From positions 420,001 to 452,000 of the forward strand of contig NZ_PQWO01000001.1 in the NCBI RefSeq assembly GCF_003231495.1: a stretch of DNA of 32,000 nucleotides, written 5' to 3'. Made by a program: the position numbers and the translations under genes. This DNA comes from Acaryochloris thomasi RCC1774. Its GTDB lineage: Bacteria; Cyanobacteriota; Cyanobacteriia; Thermosynechococcales; Thermosynechococcaceae. This document shows, piece by piece, positions 26,654 through 32,000 of this stretch. Position 1 is the first letter of the stretch; the number at the start of each line of letters is the position of its first letter. The notes under the pieces were generated by a model that saw only the letters and a list, made by a program, of their open reading frames with translations, made no database searches and had not been told where the DNA came from.

Positions 26654-26899
26654 TCGTTCTCATATTGTAACCTTCTTCGCTAACTAGGGTTTCATGGGCT
26701 GCGCGTCTCAACCTTTTTCGCTGTGCTGGCAACCCAGAATTAACCAAGAGAATAGGGAGCGGGTTCACAAGAGGGGCAACTTTCCGGACTGAGATCTGAT
26801 ATCGGCTGAATTCGGCAGATTCTAGTCACTATCGGGGCATCTTGAGTCAAGGTGTCGGTACGAGTTACCATGAGCCATTTGTTCTCCAAGGTCCGATCT

Positions 26900-27313
26900 A
26901 TGCCTCACTCTGCCATTATCTGCGTTGATGATGAGCCTATTGTGCTCAGAAGCTTACGCGATCAAATTAGCAAGAATTTTGGCGATCGCCACCAGTGTGA
27001 AATTGCTGAGAGCGTTGACGAAGCCTGGGAAGTCATCGACGAGCTTAACGAAGACAAAATCACGATTTTGGTGATTATCTCTGACTGGTTAATGCCCGGT
27101 GTGAAAGGGGATGAGTTTCTCGTTGAGCTGCATCAGAAATTCCCCTGTATTGTAACCATGATGCTGACGGGGCAAGCGGATGAATCGGCAATAGAGCGCG
27201 TTCGCCAACACGCAAACCTTCATGCCTATATTACGAAACCCTGGGCCGAAGAGATATTAATGGGCGAGATTCAATCGGGCCTCCAGAAATTCGATGGCGT
27301 GGAGCATCTGTAA
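26900..27313 (+). CDS. Single-domain response regulator (CheY-like receiver)
   Basis: IICVDDEP, ISDWLMPGVKGDEF, MLTGQ and ITKPW show the acidic pocket, phospho-acceptor Asp, Thr and Lys all present. The track start is GTG 26852. I prefer ATG 26900 by analogy with the paralogous REC at 29698; ATG 26870 is also possible. Confidence 0.85.
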   Translation: MPHSAIICVDDEPIVLRSLRDQISKNFGDRHQCEIAESVDEAWEVIDELNEDKITILVIISDWLMPGVKGDEFLVELHQKFPCIVTMMLTGQADESAIERVRQHANLHAYITKPWAEEILMGEIQSGLQKFDGVEHL

Positions 27314-29634
27314 TGCCGCTCAACGGCAAGTTGTCAGGCTGGATAGGTCGCCACAAACTCCGGACTGTTCTGGTGGTGCCTTTTGTCCTGCAGGTCTTTG
27401 GTGCCGTGGGCCTTGTGGGGTACTTCTCATTTAGGAATGGGCAGCTTGCGGTTCAAGAACTGGCGAACAAGCGTATGCAGGAGGTCGAAGGCCGTATCTC
27501 GCAGCGTCTTGAGACTTATTTTGAGGCACCGCATCAGATCAATCAGATCAATCAGGCCGCCCTTGATTTAGGGCAGCTCGATGCCAACAATCTCCAGAGC
27601 ATGGAGCGCCATTTTTGGCGACAGAGTCAAGTCTTTGACCTCGTCAGCTATATCCAGTTTGGCGGTCGTAACGGTGAATTTATTGGGCTTGCCATCAATG
27701 ATGACGGTAGCTTTACCTATCAGGTCACGGAGGGGACGGGAGCGCTGCAGACCTACGGCATTAATGACCAAGGGAACCGAAAGTCACTTCTAGAGACGTC
27801 CCCTGACTTTGACCCTCGAAATCGTCCTTGGTACGTTACACCTGCAAAAGCGAGGAAACCTGCCTGGACTGAAATTTATGCTTGGGTCAATCCCCCCACG
27901 CTTGCTATCACGCTAGGTCAGCCCTTCTATGACTCAGTTGACCAGTTTCAAGGCATTCTCGCCACAGATTTGACCATTGCCCAGATCAGTGAGTTTTTAC
28001 GCACCCTCAAGCTGGGAGAATCAAGTCGGCTGCTGATTGTAGAGCGCTCAGGTGAACTGGTGGCGACCTCTGCTGACGAAAAACCCTTCTTGCTTCAGAG
28101 CGGGAAACCCAAACGTCTAGCGGCCCTCGACAGTCAAGATGCTCTGACTCAGAAGACAATGCAGCATTTGCTTGAGCATTTTGGTCGTCTTAATACGATT
28201 AAAGAAACCCAGCAGTTGATGTTCAAAGTTTCTGGGGAGAAGTTTTTTCTTCATGTAGATCCTCTACAGGATGAGCATGGACTAGATTGGCTCAGCGTTG
28301 TTGTTGTGCCGGAATCTAATTTCATGGCTCAAACGCATGCCAATACACGAACAACGCTTGTACTGACTTTTGTAGTGGTTGCGATCGCAATTCTAGTCGG
28401 TACCCTTAGAGCGCGATGGGTCGTCAGTCCCATTCTGCGGTTAAACACGGCTGCTCAAAAGCTAGCTGCTGGGGACTTTGAGCAGCAGGTAGACCTGAAA
28501 AGATCAGACGAACTGGGAGAGCTAGCCCGCTCCTTCAACTCTATGGCGATGGAGCTGCAGACTGCCTTTGAAGAGCAGCACGTGATGCTTACCTCTTTAG
28601 CTAAAAATGAGCAGGAGCTGGCTGAGTACAATCGAACCCTAGAGCAACAGGTTCAGCAGCGCACACAAGAACTGGTGCAGGCAGAAAAAATGGCCGCTCT
28701 CGGTCAGCTCACGGCTGGCGTTGCCCATGAAATTAATACCCCACTCGGAGCGATTCGAGCCGCCGAGACAAATATTACGGCGGCTCTAGAACAAACGCTG
28801 CTTCTCTTACCCACGCTCCTGCAGACGCTATCCGAACCGCAACTGACCGCATTTCTCAAGCTGCTAGAAGACGCCCACCATCAGCGGGCAATTCTGTCCT
28901 CTCGAGAAGAGCGCCAGCTCAAGCGTCAGCTCAAAAACGATCTCGAAGCGCTGGGCATTGAATCCCCCACACCTATTGCCAGCACCCTGAGCAAGATGGG
29001 GATTAAGGCTGATTTAGAAACCTTCCGCGAAATCTTTGCTGCCCCGAATTGCGATCGCATCTTAGAGGTTGCCTATGATCTATCCGTAATTAGAAACAAT
29101 GCTAGCAATATCAATCTAGCTGTTGAACGCGCCGCAAAAATTGTTTTTGCCCTCAAAAGCTACGTGCGTCAAGACGTAGCAATTCAAAAGGTTAAAGCCT
29201 CCATTCCAGACACAATAGAAACAGTGCTCACGCTCTATCACAATCAGATTAAACAAGGCACTGAAATCAGCAAAAACTATCAGCCAGTCCCTGATATTTA
29301 CTGTTATCCAGAAGAACTCGCGCAGGTCTGGACAAATCTTATTCATAATGGTCTACAGGCCATGGACTACAAAGGCAGTCTAGGAATCGAGATCTTTGAA
29401 GACAATCAACAGATCGTCATTGGCATTACTGATTCTGGCAGCGGTATTCCGCCTGAGATTCAAGAGCAGATCTTTAAACCATTTTTTACGACCAAGCCCA
29501 TGGGAGAAGGGAGTGGTCTTGGTTTAGACATTGTCCGTAAAATCCTTGATAAGCATGAGGGGCGAGTCGATGTTGAAAGCCAGCCAGGGCATACTAAATT
29601 CAGTATCTACTTGCCGATTGTACTAGATGCTTAG
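27313..29634 (+). CDS. Membrane sensor histidine kinase: TM, periplasmic Cache-like domain, TM, HAMP, extended DHp, HATPase_c
   Basis: 773 aa. Two hydrophobic helices bracket a roughly 300-aa extracytoplasmic domain. HAMP is PILRLNTAAQKLAAGDFEQQVDLKRSDELGELARSFNSM, the H-box is GVAHEINTPLGAI, the N-box is NLIHNGLQAM, and the G-boxes are DSGSGI and GSGLGL. The ATG overlaps the upstream TAA (TAATG). Confidence 0.9.
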   Translation: MPLNGKLSGWIGRHKLRTVLVVPFVLQVFGAVGLVGYFSFRNGQLAVQELANKRMQEVEGRISQRLETYFEAPHQINQINQAALDLGQLDANNLQSMERHFWRQSQVFDLVSYIQFGGRNGEFIGLAINDDGSFTYQVTEGTGALQTYGINDQGNRKSLLETSPDFDPRNRPWYVTPAKARKPAWTEIYAWVNPPTLAITLGQPFYDSVDQFQGILATDLTIAQISEFLRTLKLGESSRLLIVERSGELVATSADEKPFLLQSGKPKRLAALDSQDALTQKTMQHLLEHFGRLNTIKETQQLMFKVSGEKFFLHVDPLQDEHGLDWLSVVVVPESNFMAQTHANTRTTLVLTFVVVAIAILVGTLRARWVVSPILRLNTAAQKLAAGDFEQQVDLKRSDELGELARSFNSMAMELQTAFEEQHVMLTSLAKNEQELAEYNRTLEQQVQQRTQELVQAEKMAALGQLTAGVAHEINTPLGAIRAAETNITAALEQTLLLLPTLLQTLSEPQLTAFLKLLEDAHHQRAILSSREERQLKRQLKNDLEALGIESPTPIASTLSKMGIKADLETFREIFAAPNCDRILEVAYDLSVIRNNASNINLAVERAAKIVFALKSYVRQDVAIQKVKASIPDTIETVLTLYHNQIKQGTEISKNYQPVPDIYCYPEELAQVWTNLIHNGLQAMDYKGSLGIEIFEDNQQIVIGITDSGSGIPPEIQEQIFKPFFTTKPMGEGSGLGLDIVRKILDKHEGRVDVESQPGHTKFSIYLPIVLDA

Positions 29635-29697
29635 ATATCGCCATTATCCCTTCGGTTAATCTACTATTCTAAATTCTTATCCCGTCGCTTTAGCTTC

Positions 29698-31917
29698 ATG
29701 AATACTGGCACCATTATTTGCGTTGATGATGATCCACTAATTCTGAATAGTCTGCGAGATCAGCTCAGCCGAATTATGGACAAAGGCTATGACATTGAGC
29801 TAGCAGAAAGTGGCGAAGAAGTTCTCGAACTTTTTTCAGAACTAGACCAGGAACAGATCTCAGTCCCCCTGATTATCTGCGATCAAAACCTGCCAGATAT
29901 TTACGGCGATCAGCTCCTCGGCCGTTTGCAAATCAGCCACCCAGCAACGCGTAAAATCCTCTTGACCGGGGAGGCAAATCTAGATGCCATTGTCAGAGCC
30001 ATTAACTCAGCCAGTCTCTATCGATACATTGCTAAACCCTGGGATGAGACAGATTTAGGGCTGACCGTCAAAGGCGCACTCCAGAGCTTTCAGCAAGACC
30101 AGCAGCTCCTCGATCAAAACAAGGCTCTTCGTCAGGTTAATCAACGGCTTCAGCAAGAAATAAATGAACGACAGCAGATGCAGCAGCAACTGCTCAAAAG
30201 TGAGCAGCGCCTAGAAAGCATCCTTGGTTCGCTCGAAGACATTGTTTGGTCAGTGTCTGTGGAAACCCGCGAGCTAGAGTACCTCAATCCCGCCGTTGAG
30301 AAGGTGTATGGTCGCACCGCTGCTGAATTCTTTCAAAACCCTACTCTCTGGCTAGAAGTGGTCCACCCTGACGATCAGCTTCGCGTTCAGCATACGCGCC
30401 AGTCTTGGTTTGAGGTAGGTAGCCTAAACTTAGAGTACCGAATTATTCGGCCCAACGGTGACATCCGCTGGCTCAGAGATCGCGGTCGCGTCATTGTCGA
30501 CAACAGCGGAATTCCGCTGCGGCTCGATGGCATTACCTATGACATCACAGAGCAAAAGCTAGCCCAGTCTCAGATCCAGTACGATGCACTGCATGATGGA
30601 TTGACGGGGCTTCCGAATCGCACCCTACTGCTAGACCGCATTGATCAAGCTTTCAAGCGCCACCAGCGAGAACCCAACTACAAATTTTCGCTCTTATTTA
30701 TTGACTTAGATCGCTTTAAGGTTGTCAACGATAGTCTGGGACATGCTCTGGGCGATCAGCTGCTGATTTTTATCTCACAGCTGCTACAAAATTGTGTGCG
30801 GCGCACGGATACAGTCGCGCGTCTCGGGGGAGATGAGTTCACTATTTTGCTGGATGGCTTAGTCGATCCAACTGATTCGACGGATGCGGCGGGGCGCATT
30901 CTGTTAGAACTCACAGCTCCCATTCAGCTAGAGGGGCATACGGTGTTCACGGGGGCCAGTATTGGCATTGTACTGTCGTCTATCGATTATCGAGATAGTG
31001 CTGCGTTGCTGCGTGATGCTGATATTGCCATGTATCGTGCCAAAGCTTTGGGGAAGGCGCGTTATGTGGTCTTCAATTCACAAATGTATGATCAAACCCG
31101 TGAGCTGCAGCAGCTTGAGCGTGATTTGCGGTTAGCCTGTGATGGTCTCCGCGTGGCCGACTCCCAGGGGCAGAGTACTGTCAGCAGCGAGTTTAGGCTA
31201 CAGTATCAGCCGATTGTTTCGCTTACGACCGATCAGCCCACGAGCTTTGAAGCCTTAGTCCGATGGCAGCATCCTCAGCGAGGTTTGGTGTCCCCGGCGG
31301 ATTTTATACCGCTGGCAGAAGATACAGGACTCATTGTCCCACTCGGACATTGGGTTTTACTGACGGCCTGTCGGCAGATTCGATGTCTTTTAGATCAATA
31401 TCCAGAGCTGCCGCCCTTCAGCGTTAGCGTCAATCTTGCCAGTCAGCAACTCCAGGATCCCCGGTTCCTTGAAGACCTCGATCACATTTTGACCCTCACT
31501 CAGATCGAAGGCCGCTATCTAAAGCTAGAGCTGACGGAAAGCATGTTGATGGATCATGCCGATGCCACTATTGATATGCTAAAGCAGATTCGCGATCGCA
31601 ACATTCAGCTGAGCCTCGACGATTTTGGCACCGGGTACTCCTCTCTTAGCTATCTACACCGCTTTCCCCTCGATACCCTGAAAATTGACCGCTCCTTTGT
31701 CAGTCGGATGCAGACCAGTCCTGAAGATTTTGAGATCATTCGCACCATCATCACCTTGGCCCACACCCTCGGCATGAACGTTGTTGCCGAAGGCATTGAG
31801 TCCATCGAACAAAAAAATCAGCTTGCTGCCCTGAGCTGTGACCAAGGCCAAGGGTACTTGTTTTCTAAACCGCTCACTGCAGATGCAATGGCGTTGCAAT
31901 TTGCTGCCCCTGCTTAA
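29698..31917 (+). CDS. Response regulator with REC-PAS-GGDEF-EAL architecture (c-di-GMP turnover)
   Basis: 739 aa. REC has IICVDDDP, ICDQNLPDIYGD and IAKPW. A coiled coil and a PAS domain follow. GGDEF is intact (RLGGDEF), with RxxD (RRTD) 5 residues upstream. EAL is intact (FEALVRW, DDFGTGYSSL, QGYLFSKP). Confidence 0.9.
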   Translation: MNTGTIICVDDDPLILNSLRDQLSRIMDKGYDIELAESGEEVLELFSELDQEQISVPLIICDQNLPDIYGDQLLGRLQISHPATRKILLTGEANLDAIVRAINSASLYRYIAKPWDETDLGLTVKGALQSFQQDQQLLDQNKALRQVNQRLQQEINERQQMQQQLLKSEQRLESILGSLEDIVWSVSVETRELEYLNPAVEKVYGRTAAEFFQNPTLWLEVVHPDDQLRVQHTRQSWFEVGSLNLEYRIIRPNGDIRWLRDRGRVIVDNSGIPLRLDGITYDITEQKLAQSQIQYDALHDGLTGLPNRTLLLDRIDQAFKRHQREPNYKFSLLFIDLDRFKVVNDSLGHALGDQLLIFISQLLQNCVRRTDTVARLGGDEFTILLDGLVDPTDSTDAAGRILLELTAPIQLEGHTVFTGASIGIVLSSIDYRDSAALLRDADIAMYRAKALGKARYVVFNSQMYDQTRELQQLERDLRLACDGLRVADSQGQSTVSSEFRLQYQPIVSLTTDQPTSFEALVRWQHPQRGLVSPADFIPLAEDTGLIVPLGHWVLLTACRQIRCLLDQYPELPPFSVSVNLASQQLQDPRFLEDLDHILTLTQIEGRYLKLELTESMLMDHADATIDMLKQIRDRNIQLSLDDFGTGYSSLSYLHRFPLDTLKIDRSFVSRMQTSPEDFEIIRTIITLAHTLGMNVVAEGIESIEQKNQLAALSCDQGQGYLFSKPLTADAMALQFAAPA

Positions 31918-32000
31918 AGGTTCCAACCTGCATCATGCGTTATCGCATCCCTCACAAATCCAGTACAGTAGAGGAGCAATGAGTTGCGGCTCGTTAGCTG

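Noticed and set aside
27533-27555. Tandem 9-nt repeat ATCAGATCA, about 2.5 copies.
   Set aside because: It lies in-frame inside the kinase periplasmic domain (HQINQINQ). This is a trivial short duplication with no wider pattern.
31979-32000. An ATG at 31979 preceded by GAGGAG might start a gene that runs off the right edge.
   Set aside because: Only 7 codons are visible and the SD spacing is very short. The evidence is insufficient to call.

Overview
HIP1-rich (GCGATCGC) cyanobacterial chromosomal segment with about 31 protein-coding genes. I found no rRNA, tRNA, CRISPR array, transposase or recognisable defence island. All calls come from reading the ORF translations and the DNA by eye, with no database search. 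Gene order: partial cobN (minus strand, runs off the left edge, absent from the ORF track), a GAF hybrid histidine kinase, an MscS-type channel, a Tab2/DUF1092 protein, a CAP-domain protein, a DCC-family thiol oxidoreductase and a pentapeptide-repeat protein. Next comes a dispersed set of beta-carboxysome and Rubisco-biogenesis genes: ccmP, an Rca-like activase with an SSUL domain, raf1, ccmK4 and ccmK3. The rest is an alpha/beta hydrolase, a class-A beta-lactamase-like hydrolase, two ABC ATPases, a PATAN response regulator with a degenerate receiver, chlI, lepB, solanesyl-diphosphate synthase, and a REC / Cache-HAMP kinase / REC-PAS-GGDEF-EAL operon. Most worth a second look: (1) three perfect copies of a 31-nt GC-rich hairpin element inside cobN, stop-free in all six frames and read through in three different frame/orientation combinations. 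(2) The carboxysome/Rubisco accessory neighbourhood, with a 12-nt ccmK4-raf1 junction, a 6-nt ccmP-pentapeptide-repeat junction and several uncharacterised small genes. (3) An HLR1-like (RpaB-type) direct repeat in the sds / two-component divergent promoter. I found no clearly novel multi-gene system; the novelty claims below are hypotheses that need comparative genomics.
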